Source of the DNA: Phallusia mammillata
Taxonomy: Eukaryota
Length of the DNA stretch: 64,000 nt
Reading direction: 5' to 3'
Assembly (NCBI GenBank): GCA_965637545.1
Contig: OZ281494.1
Span: 14,384,001-14,448,000, forward strand
Of this stretch, positions 12,754 to 25,700 are shown in pieces (within the stretch, counting starts at the first letter, position 1; the number at the start of each line of letters is the position of its first letter). Made by a program: the position numbers and the translations under genes. The notes under the pieces were generated by a model that worked only from the letters and a program-made list of their open reading frames with translations, was not told where the DNA came from and did not search any database.

Positions 12754-13433
12754 TCAAGGAAGAGCCTCTGCGCTGCCAAAACAAATAAAACCTTGAGAAA
12801 GGATAGACTGCAGGAAGGGGCAGGGCAGATCAGAGACATCAAGCACTTCGAGTCAAAAGGCACTTGCTTGAAAATAGGCTATATATAATAATTGGAGTCT
12901 TAAATATTTATGTAAGTTAGTTAAATTTGTATCTTAAAAAGTCTTCAACAACCTTTAGAAACTTTCCTGCAGATTTTTTTAGTACAAGTTTGGTGCCATT
13001 GACCTTTGTTCTGTGTTGTGTCAAAACTATGACCTATTAAACAAAATAGACTACACTTGGCTAGCTTCCATATTTTTTCTGATATCTTGTTGTTCATTTT
13101 TACCCCAAACGGTTCTATAGGAATGGCGTAATAAAAACTTGCATGGCCAAAAGTACAAATTGGGGTCCAGGCCTAAAGAAAAAAGCTACAAAGTAAGGAA
13201 ATAGAGGTTTTTAATTCATTTCATGGCAATTCAATCAGTTTGGGGCAGAGATAAAACTTTATTTCAATAAGGTTTAAGGTTACATGACTGGTCAGCAAGT
13301 GGGTGAGCTCTATTAAGAACAACAGTTTTTGTCAAATATGTTTTTGGTTTTTTAGTGAAATCAAAAACTTGTCACATAACTGTAAAAGTAGTCCCATCAG
13401 CTTTGTTGGGAAGAAAAACTGACCTTTTGTTGC
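12754..13433 (-). pseudogene. Second, convergent spliced gene inside the MULE, unknown product. 3' four exons given; more degenerate exons probably extend towards 14534
   Basis: Minus-strand exons 13433-13284, 13172-13104, 13033-12953, 12866-12754 joined by GT-AG introns of 111, 70 and 86 nt, all phase 1. One continuous frame with two internal TGA codons. Minus-strand AATAAA at 12692-12687. Confidence 0.55.
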
Positions 13434-14660
13434 CTAAAATAAAAGTTTGGCAACAAAGTTTCAAAAAATTGTGTTTTTTTAGCCACTTAACTATACTCAG
13501 CAGAAAAAAATGGTGGTTAATTTGTGAAAAAGGGAGTTAAAGGTTTAGAATGGAATTTTTCTGCAAATCTTTAGCTACACCAAATCATGAAAAACATTTT
13601 CTGTAAGTCTTGTTTTAGCTGGATCTACACACTATTCCTGCCTTTTGTTTGCAAATTCATCATCATGCTTGCCATTTTTCAGTTTTATTAATTACATATA
13701 TGCAACACAAGATTCACAAAGGCAATTAGGTGAGGCTTATACTGGTCACTTTGTGGATACTCTGCAAAAAATAAAAAAATGGTGTATTAGGGTTACTTGG
13801 TAGTAAGTAAAAAGGTTTTTCAGACTTAACATTTTTTAATGACAACAAGGTCAAGGCAACGAGTCTAGTTTGGACACCTATATAAACAACACAGTTTTTG
13901 ATAGGGATATTAAAGTGAGTCTTTATATGGGAGCTTAACATGTTTATACAAGTATACTATACTACAGTGTAAAATAGGATGGTGGTGTTTCTTTTTGTTA
14001 TTTCCAACTATTCACTACAAGAGCTTTTGTTTACACATTTAAAATATTTTTTTTACAGTTTACATAACCTCAGGATTTGATACATTTATTTTGTACTACC
14101 ATAACTTAAATGTGTGCTTTTTTTAATTTTTGGAAGAAGGTGCAAAAGCAATATTGTTCTGTACCTGCCAAAAACAATTTTTAGGGCATATTGGAGAGAT
14201 CAACAAATCAGCTGAATCATGCCTCGTATGTTAGTTAAACACTAAAAAGCACCCTCAAATTTATCACTTGGTTACAAACAAACACAGCATTTTAGTAAAC
14301 ATGTAATTGTACACTTCTATCTTGCTGCTTGCTTTATCCGCGCTGCTGTTTTCACCATACATTGGTGTCTAAAACAACATCGCATATATTTCGCTAAAAG
14401 TAGCTGTGTGCATAATATCAGCAATTTTACACGAAGAAAAATATAATCTGTCTAGTTTATTGCAATACATTATATACTGGTCATTACCTTCACTTTTAAA
14501 TTTTTGATGTAATGAATGCTTCCATTTTCGCCATATTTTCAAAATAAAATATTAGTTTGACTTGAAAAACCAGTGACGACCTCACAACATAGGAAATACG
14601 CAAAGAAAACCACGACGCAACGGTCTACGTGACGTAACGAAAGTCCGCAAAAATCCGTCT

Positions 14661-14716
14661 CTGTGATTGGTTGAAAAAGCCCCATATGCGAAATAGATTA
14701 CATTTTGGAAATATGC
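14661..14716 (-). repeat. Right TIR of MULE
   Basis: Inverted copy of 9730-9785, followed by the TSD TAACGGAAA. Confidence 0.95.
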
Positions 14717-16746
14717 TAACGGAAAATTAGCCAATTCGGTACATCTCTAGTTGTAACAACACACACAAAAAAACAGGTCATAAATAAAAATAATTAATGC
14801 AACAAGCATTATTTCGTTGTTGTTTTTTCTTCTGTGTGACAAATACAAGAAAGCTTTATTTGTTTGACCGTTTAATTAAAAAAGCTTGACATTTAGACCC
14901 CCAATAATATTAGCAATAGTTCAAAGCAGGATTAAAATGTCACTCGTTTGGACTATTAACTTATGTCTTTTACGGTCAAATATTATGTTTTTTACGATTG
15001 TCTATTATTCCATTATTGTTCAATAAACAACTCCTAAAAGTTTCAGCATTTGCTGCCTTTGCACGAAACGCAGTCAGGCATCAATTAACTTTGCAGTCGT
15101 TATTTTCGATCCCCCGTAAGCATTGTGTTCGAAGCAACACGAGATTTGTTTACATGTCACAACTTGCTAGGTTTGAAACACAAAAGAAAAGCAGGATATC
15201 TTTTTACCAATAGCCTCTATTTTTAGAGGCGGCCCTGGGAAATGACCTTTCAGATAGACAACGTCGACACTTCCAGCGCTAATGAAAAACTTCAAATACG
15301 AAAGTACTTAAAAAAACTATGCAGTGACATAATTTTTTAAAATGTTGTTGTGATAACTTCTGTGGTTTATATGGTTGTTTGTCTATTAAATTAGCAAAAA
15401 AAAATAATACATTTTTTTCTTTGGTAAACATTTAAATCCATAGTGAGTTTACAAGTTTAGTAATAATTAACCAGATCGCAGCTTTTTCCCTGATACACTC
15501 AATATTATTGCTGTTAAACATTTAGGAATAAAGCTATAAGAACTACCTTTAAAACACGCAATAAACTGTAAACAAGTTTGGTGTAAGTTCACGGGTCGCT
15601 CAATACAAACAGTTTTGCAGAGGAAACGAAACCTGATGCAGTGTGAATGGTTCGTTCCGTTGTTGCTACGGTCGTTATGGCCAAACTAAGTAGAAAACAC
15701 AGTAGCAAAAACTATGTGTCGATTTCCGAGGACTATTAGGAAGCTTCCGTTACTCAACCAGAACTTTTATAAATTTTCGACTAAGCTATAGCTGCTGTTT
15801 TTGCGATATTTTTCTATCGTTTTTGATCAACGCCACAGTTGGTGGCAACACTTTTAACCTTTGTCGTTTCCTGGTTATAACTAATGCTTTTTTAATATGT
15901 GATAAAATTGCTCACTTGAAGGGGTATAGTAACATATTTTTGTAAGTTTTGTTCTTTAAATGCTAATGTAAAAATAACTTAGCCATGAGTTTCGGCCAAC
16001 AGAAACGAAACTCTTGGAAACCACCCCAGGGTTGCACTACACGAACCATCACGGGGTATGTTTGATGGTAAATTGAATCAAGGTAATTATATCACTTAAC
16101 GGCAGTCGTGCATCAGTGAGTCGTATCTGAGCTAGATAATTAAAGCGGGTATTTACAGTCCACTAATCTTAGTCCATTCTTGCACATACATTTACCGAAA
16201 CTTGCAAATAAATATCGTTCCACAGGCCGGCGGCATAATAAAATAATTTCAGAAAAACAGTTATCCGTTGTTAACAGGAGTTACGTTATGCAAGTTTCGA
16301 CTAGTTGCAGTTCGCGGTGTTTTGTAACAAAAATGTCAGTAAGCTATTTACTTGAGTAGACAGAAAGTTTTTTCACATGAGTGAGATGGACGTGTCAAGC
16401 TGGTAAGCACAATCTGCTATACGAGAAAGAAATCAGTGATTGCTTTTTTTACCTATCAGCTGAGTTGGAGTATCGGATTTTAGTCTTAAACATGATGATG
16501 GTATATTCTTATTTACATTTATGTGTAGTGGCGATGCTTTCATAATGTGGGTGAACCGTTTAATATGCAGCACATGGAAGAAAAAGAAAAAAATATGAAT
16601 TATGCCTGTCACCAACACTTTACTTGTACAGCACATTTATTAAACTAATCGCTCACTTGTTTGTGCTGATAAGGGTTTAATTGGCGAGTTTTTTTTTACA
16701 TATTCTTACATGTTCAATGGTTTAAACATATCGATCTGGACTAAAC

Positions 16747-19700
16747 ATGTCGTGGAGTCAACAGTTAATTTTGTCCTCGTTGGTTGCTTTCTTCGCACTA
16801 GTTACCGGACAAACCTGGACAAATCCGTCGTTTGATTTTTACACAGAAGTTTGTAAGTATCGTCGGTATCTTTTGAAATGTCGGTTAACAAAAACTCAAT
16901 TTGTTCATTACACAATATTTAACCACCTGTTCCATTAAGCAAAGCCTTCATGTGGGCCTGATTCTGCTTCCCCTAATGAAGTGGTCCATTTAACTGAAAG
17001 ATGTGGAACACTTTTGTCGCCCTGCTTTGGTATCAGAAATTATCCAACTGGTATCAACGAAGGCTTTCTTATTTGGAATCTTAATTTTTCTCGACCAATT
17101 GCCGGTAAATCCAGTGGCGGGATTCAAATTTTTTGTCAAACAGCTTTATCACAAAACCATATGTTTCATCCGGTTCTGTTACGAAAGTATATTGATATTA
17201 CCAGTAATGCTAACAGGTTCGCTGATCTCATAAAATTTAGTGAGACGGTTTTAAAGAACCGGTGCCAACCGACTGAATCCCACCACTGGGTAAATCTAAT
17301 TCATGTGCCAAACTTAGAGTTTTCTGGGTAGTAGTATAGTCAAACTTGCGGTTTAGCTCGTAATAGTTTACTGCGGTTTAGCGCGTAATAGTTTTAAAGT
17401 GCAACTAAAATGAGTTTGTTTTAATGATTTTTAGCGGTTCGTCTCATTGTCCAAACGTTTGAAACAAACAGCATGAATGCAATCCTGTACATTGGAAGAT
17501 CTGTTATTGGGTCTACAGGCATATTTGGTGTATCCAGGTAACAAACACAAACATGTTAGTTCTATCCAAAAAACAAACAGTTCGCTTTACACTGTATTAT
17601 CAATTCTTTTATGTGGTGCAACCAAGTGTTAACATTAGGACAGTATTTGAAGATTTTGTTCATTGCTTTTTTATCATTTTTTTACAAACGCTATAGAGTG
17701 TCGATCGAAATGATATGTGATTTTGTTAAAGACTTCCACAATCGTATTTCTAAAAGAAGCACAAATTTATCTTTTATACTTTTATTCTTCTAGAGACTTT
17801 AAGATTTACGGAAGTCTTTCGGAAGGAAACTCAAATCCATTTACATTTGTGCAAAACTCAGTTGGCTCCTCAAAAGACGGGGACACATTCTTTTTTGATG
17901 ATGTTGAACCACTTTTTATGAGCTTTTTTTCGTCAGACGAACCGTCAGACATAGGATTTAATATCTCCTATTGCGTCGGTAATTAGTTTCTAAACCAAAT
18001 TTCGAATTACCGTAACCACAGACAAAACAATTTTAGCCGCATGCATACAACATGCATGCATCAGCCTGAAGTGAGTGTTTATTTTTGTCACTTACAGATG
18101 CCGACATTTGTCGAACTAACGTGTCATTCTGTATTGATTCTGTTAGAGGAACTTGTGTCCGCGATGGGTTCGAAAAATATTCATGCAAGTGTAACTCAGG
18201 ATTTACAGGCTTACATTGTGAAAAAGGTGAGTTTTATAATATTATTCAAAATGTTTTATGCAGGCAATCAATATGCCGAAAAAAAGGTGCAACAAAGAAT
18301 AGTTCATAAGGCAAGCCAATAAACAGTAGCTTCATCATTAGTGCAAAATTTGCATGAAAATGTTGCTTGTGTTCACAAACCCACGATTTCTTGCCTGTGA
18401 CGCGCTTAGCTCCGTGCAAACAGCGTGCGTGTAATCAGCGTCTTTTTATGACGCAGTTTTGTTGAGCTTTTGCATCGTATGCCTGACATTGGTGTGTTAC
18501 GTTGTGTGAAGGGAGTGCTGCAGTTGTACGAAGTAGAAATGTAAACTCATATCACTACCTCGTTAAATTTTAGTGATTCTTTTTAAATACGGAATTAGGG
18601 ACCAAAGGTCACATCTGTTACGAAATTTGACCCGTTACGTAATTATATCATTGTAATTTGAATTTGTATTCATGTTCGATAAAATTTTTGAAGGAATATT
18701 TTAAGAATTAAGAAGGGTTTTGAATTTTCTTAAACCCAACAGTTAAGAGTGAACCAATACAAGTTTGGAGGCCACATTATACGCTTAAGACTTTCTGGCA
18801 TTTTTTTTATAATGATGCGACAACTAAGTTATTCGGAAGGCGAGAGCCAAAAATGTAACACGTACGTTACTTTACATCCAACAGCACACATCGTCATTTC
18901 AAATCTAATTGCTACGACAGAGCTCAACAGCACCAATGGCGAAGTTTTTGTTACCTTTACCTTCGATGTCACTGAAACGTGGAGAAACAATCCAGAATAC
19001 ATTCAAAACTATAACATACATTATACTGACAACTTGGGATCTACAAAAGCTATTGTCACATCTTTGGTCAATGAAGCAAATTTTAACGTAATTCTCAATT
19101 ATCTGCATGATTATGTTAGATTAACTCCCCTCCGCATGATTTTTACAGTCTATCAGATTTTCGGTATTGCCATTCACGCACTACACAATTGAACTGAGTG
19201 TAGGAGCAGTGGGCCACTTGTTCGATACAGCGACAGTTATGTTGGATGATTCTGTCATATCTCTTAAGAGCGCGGAGACTTGTAAGTACTTGTAAGAGTT
19301 TAATATGCACCGTAAATAAACTATAGAACTTCGCCTACGAATTGTGAAGCAATTAATGCGAAATAATACTTTTACCGATGGTGTAGGACAGTGGTTCCCA
19401 AACTTTTTAATATTTTTTTCTAAACGGTCCCCTTGCCATTATTTCGAGGGCTCGCGGTCCTTAAGCCTAATGTGTATTTCATAAAAACAAAAGTTGATTG
19501 CAGGATTTTAGCCAGTTGTGCAAAATTGCGCATAATAATCATCCAAAGACAGCATGTGACATCACAAACAGGACAAAAAACATTACAATTGTGCGCGAAC
19601 AATTGCATTTATTATAGTTGTCATTCAATAAAGGCCAATGTTTAGCAATGGAGACAGTCGATTCTCAATTCTACTTTGATTTAAACTTATTTAGTGGCAC

Positions 19701-22700
19701 AAACTGAAGCCAAACAAGATTATAGAATTACTTCAATCGCCTCGCGGTCCCCTCAAAATTGCCTCACGGACCCCTAAAGGACCGCGGACCCCAGTTTGGG
19801 AACCGCTGGTGTAGAATTATATCGAACCTATGTAGGCGCAGCTTCAAATTCAATTTTAAAGTTAATCACTGAAATCGATCCCTAACTCAAACTACCAACT
19901 ATTGTGAAAACGAGTCATTGTGAAATGATATAAAACAATGCTATTACTTCCCTTACAAGCAGCTAATCTTCAAACGCTTTACATTTTTCTAATATATCAT
20001 AACAGATAAAACGAAAAGAAACCTCATTTGGAAACTTTGTGTTACCGCCTACATAATTTGTTTATCAGTTCCTCGAGCACCAAGTGCACTTTCAGCAACA
20101 ATCACAGGATCTCACATCTCACTTGCTTGGACGGCACCAATTGAAGCAGGCCGTGGCATTACTATTGGCTACCAGATCGGAACAATGCGTTCGGCTGATA
20201 GTTGCGCGGGATATCGAGGTTTAGGTCCGCAAGCAGATTGTCAGTCAGAAATGGTGAGCCAAATTACGTTGTAACCATCGACATAACGTTACGGTTTTCT
20301 TAACTGGTCGTTGGTTTGAAGAAAAAAACGTTTTTTTTACGTTGATCTATGACATTTTAAAGTTGCTGGTTTAAGTGATATATTATCTAGCAGTAACGAA
20401 TTTTAAATCCAGTATTTTACACCACAAAAATCGCCAAATGTATGCTGAAAGCTGCATTAATATGTCAGTGCTTGATTTCATTCATTATCCAGATTTATAA
20501 CATCAGCACAGGAAGCTTCGGCGCAGCGTTTGAAATTATTCTCTACCGTGAATACATATTTCGTCTTCGAGCCCAAACCTCCGCAGGGTTCGGTGGTTGG
20601 ACTTCTACGACTGCATTTGCAGGTACGACCTACTCCATTACGCGAACATTTTTTTGTTAAAAAATGTCTGGCTATCTGAAACATTTATCTTGAATCGAAT
20701 TTACATCACGTAACAAAATATAACTTCGTTGAAACATACCCTAGTGTTAAGTCAGAAACTTTGGTTACCTTACCTAGACACCTGTTTCTTAACCAACTTG
20801 TTGTTACATGCAGGAAACATTTGTCCTTTTGCGGTTAATCGCACTGATGTCTCCCCTTGTCGGTACAGTTTAGGGGCATTCCAATCTCCCAATTTTCCAA
20901 GTCCTTATCAAGCGATGACTAGTGCGTATTGGGTATTTGACCACAGTGTCAGAGGCGGTGAGGGACAATTAGTATACCGTAGTTATTTTTTGCAGAAGAC
21001 TATTTTACATCGATATAAAAGTTTGGTGTTAACGAGCTTGGGACCACACTTAAATGGCAACAAATTACATTAAATACAGTATACCGATTTAAATCGGTCG
21101 GTCACAGCGACCGTCAATTTGGGGTCGGTTACTCGTACAATCATAAAATTGAAATTGAAATTTGTACATGTTCGTTGGAACCTTATAAAGCGAATATTGT
21201 ACAAATATGTTTTTTTCAGACATTCGCTTTACAGTTGACATTTTTTCCATTAACCCGGAAGACGTTTTAATGTTTGGATTTGGCAATTTACCAACTTCTT
21301 CTACAGCATTTAAAAGGTTACTTATTTGTTTTTACCAACCTAAGTTATTAATGTCAAAAGTGCTTACCTTAGTATTAAACTCAAATTATCAACAACAAGT
21401 CACAAACGGTAATATTTAAGGAAGTCGCTACAAATATATCCTTTTTCAAAGGCTTGTTTAGTTTGATATTAGTATCCTTTTTATACATACCTATATTGAA
21501 TTTATGCATATGTAATAATTGATGTTTATGTGAAACATCATTGTCTTACAGTCGAAGAAACTTGACAGGGAATGTAAGCAGTAGTCAAACACCTATTGTG
21601 TGGAGTAACACTCTAACTTCGGGGTTGGTCTGGGTTAGTTTTGAGACAAACAACTTTTCTACCGGCAGGGGATTTTTGTTGGTTTACGAAACGGGTATGC
21701 TTATAATATACCGATTTGTTAAAACTCAAACAAGATGTTTAAAGCAAACTCAAGCTGTAACAAAATTCGTTGATTGAAATGCGTAATCGTTACTATCAAG
21801 TTTTTTTGTCTTTATTGAGTCTTTGCAGTTCGTCTGATAAATTGGACGAAACGTGACGTTTTACTCATACTGTATGAGTCATACACTGGCTTTTTTACTC
21901 TTATATCGAGTTTAATCGTGCTAAATTTTTCGCAATTGGTAGTAATTAAGTTATATTTTTAATTCCCAGTGTTTCTCTCTCTAATTGATATTACCACATA
22001 ACATATTTTACAGACGGAGATAGCTGCGACTCCAACCCATGTTTTTCTGGCGGAACTTGTAGTGACGCTGCTTTTAATTTTACTTGTGCTTGTCCTTCGT
22101 TGTGGGTTGGAGAAATTTGTAACATACGTAAGTTGTTTTTAAATGCTATGTTGTGTAAAAAAGATTGATAGTCACATTAACATTATGTTTGGGAATTATG
22201 TTCCCGAAAAAGCTTATATGATCGCTTGTGTTTTCAGCTCTTGTCACCATAGAAGCTACTTGCTCGAGCTCAGCAAGCGATACTTTTACTGTAATGTGGC
22301 AGCACAACCATGTGGACGGGTTGATTTCGGTCAGTGATTTCAGGAGGCAATTGTATCCATTTTGTTTCTTTTTCTCTAACTGCTGCAGTTAACAAACTAT
22401 TGTTTTCATAGGGATACGCAGTTACATACAGTTCATTGGCTGGCGATGTCAACCACCAATTCCAAGTTGGTTCAACGGAGACAACGTTTACAGGACTTGA
22501 TGTCTTCACCAGTTATACAGTAACTGTAGAGGTGATAGGTGTTATTCCAGCTATCCAGGATCCGAGGTCCACTTGCGTGATTCTCACTCAAGAAGCAGGT
22601 TTGTTAATGATGATATTCTTTAATGATAACGTTTAGACTTTAAAAACACGATTCACCCTGTTAGCTACCAGTACGCAGCTTTAAAAACTCTAATTAACTT

Positions 22701-25700
22701 TTTTGAACATATTGCCGTTACTTTTAGCGCCAACCGCACCCAGATCGGTAGCCCTGGTCCCTCTATCAAGTTCGTCCCTCGTTGTTAGATGGGTGCAACC
22801 TTCAAAGCTGAATGGAATTTTGTCTTATTACACCGTTAACTATGAAACTCTTGTAAGTGCTTATCACATTTGTGCGTGGAAAAAATAATTTACTTATCGG
22901 CAAAATATAATTTTTAAGGTCATGTACATAAACCTATACTAATGGTGGAACGACTGAGAAGAGCATTGACTGTACCCACCTATATAAACGCCAATAGTAT
23001 TGGCAAAGACAGGGAAAGCTAGTAGACCCTTCCTCCAGTAAAAATTAAACATGCTTATTTTCGCTCCTATAACTCTCAAACTAATTTGTATTAAGTAAGT
23101 GCGTCATTCGGAGTAAGATCCCTTAAAAAAATGAAACATTTTTTGGCCTCTAAACATGTTTGTTCGGGCTACGTTACATCAGTAGCGATTAAGCCCAAGG
23201 GGCCAAATACAAATAAAAAATGTGTGCATAAATTTGACAAGTAGCCTTGAATTAAGGGTTTTCATTGTGTACCAGCCCCAATAACAAGAGTCAGTATGTA
23301 CAAGACCAGAAACGTGGCAGTTTTTTTCCTTGTTTGCTCTTGTTCGATATTTTTATTGACACAAAGCTCACGCAAATATTGTTTTCATTTTACAAAACAA
23401 TTTAGAACCACATCGTTTTCGAGGAATCGATTCATTCCGGTTCAGTTAACGTTACCCGTAGAGCATCCTTACAGCTTTTTGGATTCCGGGCTTTCCGAAC
23501 GTACCGAGTAACTGTAACCGCAACTACCGGGGGAGGAACAGGCAGTCCCAGCGCTCCCGCGATTGTAAGCACGCCAGAAGCAGGTAAAAATCCGCCGTCT
23601 CTTTAGTATAGGAGACGCTTTTGAATGAGTGTTTTTTTTCGTCAGTTTTTTTATCCCTTTGTTCAGTGCTGGATTAACCATTAGAGAAAGTAGACACGTG
23701 CCTACAGGTCAGTCAAAAATCCAGGCCACGTTGTTACAACACTCTTTGTGACAATGATTTGGCAACACTGATATAATTCTAATTTTTTAGTTGGCAACCC
23801 TGATTTTCGGGCCACTTATAAAATGTGCCTACAGGCCAGAAGACCCTTAATCCGGCAGTGCCTTTGTTGTGCATGCAGCTCCTACCAGTGGAGTGAAGGC
23901 ACCGAATGTTGCGGCCAGCGCCACGCAAGTCGTTATCAGCTACGCTGCACCAATCCCTGTAACTGGGGACTTTTCGTACGAGGTTCGATTCTTTGTAACC
24001 GGTACCACATCGTCTCAAACTGTCAGCAGCAGTAATTTGATGCAAACTATAACTGGATTAATCCCTGCAACGGATTACACGTTTGAGGTAAGTGCACAAG
24101 TTACCCTACACATAACACATGTTTCGATGTATAGCTTGTTCTAAGTCCAATGTAAACTTTTTTCATTCATATGAAATCATAAACCAACGACTGATAAACA
24201 TGATAAACTATGATAGAACTCACATGCAATATTTGACATAACTACACTTTCAAAGTAAAATTAACTCCTAAACAGACCATAGGTGCAAGACCATGAAAGT
24301 TGCCACAAGTCAAATGAACAAAATTAGTTAACATTTATCAAATTCGGTTGGAAAGACAAAATAACAACAAATATAAAGTTCAGTTGGAAACACATTTAAT
24401 TTCTATTGTTTAAATATTGGATCCTCGAAAAGTCTTCAATTATAACAGTTGCATGCAATGAGATGCATCCCAAATTGAAGCCGTGTTTTGTTCATAGGCG
24501 TTTTTTGCCATGGCATTTGGTACAGGGCAATAACAGAGCACGAAAGTTTTTGTGAAAACAATATTTTTTATTAGGTTACAGTATCCACTTTGGTCGGCAG
24601 AGGTCCCAAAACATCGGTTACCGCAACAACGGACGAAGACATACCTGGGCTTGTGGCAACACCAACGTTTACAACTACTAAAAAATCAATCACAGTAAAT
24701 TGGGTTGAACCGGTTGCTCCTAATGGAATAATTACTGCCTACAGGTGGGCGATAATATGAAGTGGTTAAAATATCTGAAAAAAAACTTAATAGTTAATTA
24801 TACACCTTAAAGAGGAATAGAACCACAAACTGAACTGTTTTTTTTTATGACAGGGTTTCTTGGATTTCTGCGTCTGGTGAGAATTCGTCTCCTAACTTAA
24901 CAGCAACAACCACCTCCTTTGTCGTCCAAGGATTAGAGGTTTACACTGACTATCACATTACCGTTTTTTCTCGGAATGCTATTGGAGAAAACTTAGGAAC
25001 AGTTGCTTCTCAACGAACTAATGAAGGCGGTATATATATTTGTGACCCAAAAACGATTAGAACGCAAGTTTTTGCTTTTATTTAAAGGTTATGAAATATT
25101 TGGAAAGCCAAAATGAATTTATTTCTTTTACAAATATGTTTCTTAGTGTACAGAATAACAGATCTGTGCAAACATTATGATTTGTTGTCAGTTGTATCTG
25201 CCAGTTCTGCAGGCCAGTCAACCTTGCACCATATAATTAACAATGTTTTTTCACATGACTTTGCAGTTCCTCTTGAAGCTGTTAGGAATGTTGTCCTTAC
25301 GTCAAGTAGTACGGGGGTTGTAGTAAGCTACGATCCACCGGCTGTGGTCACTGGAGTTTTTGCATACCTGTTGGAATATCGTCTAGTTGCAAATCCGGCC
25401 GGTCCATTCATTGCAAGTCCCAGCGCTACTGCAATAACTAGTTTAAGCCCATCTTCATCCTACTTGATTAGAGTAAGTATTCACTATGTAAACGGAAAAT
25501 TGCTCTGTAGGACGTCATTGGATAAGTTTATTCTTGCCAACACCGATATGACAACTTCGTTACCGTTTTTGTACAGATTACTGTAAGCACTGGTGCAGGT
25601 GTCGGACCGAATATAACAAGAAATTTTACTACCGAGCAAGGAATTCCAGGCAATGTAACAAACCTTGTAGTTTTGGCAATTACAACTACAACTGTCACCG

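Larger units (their letters stand above)
9730..14716 (+). mobile_element. Mutator-like (MULE) DNA transposon, ~4.99 kb, probably non-autonomous
   Basis: 56-bp TIRs starting G and ending C (9730-9785, 14661-14716; one mismatch). Perfect 9-bp TSD TAACGGAAA (9721-9729, 14717-14725). Internal MULE transposase. Confidence 0.95.
9327..14749. mobile_element. hAT (Ac/Tip100-type) MITE split by the Mutator insertion (pieces 9327-9729 and 14717-14749)
   Basis: Ends CGGAGATGTAACGAAT ... ATTCGGTACATCTCTA. 8-bp TSD GATGTAAC/GTTGTAAC (7/8). Subterminal ATTCGG/CCGAA repeats resemble the element at 57386-57845. Confidence 0.75.
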
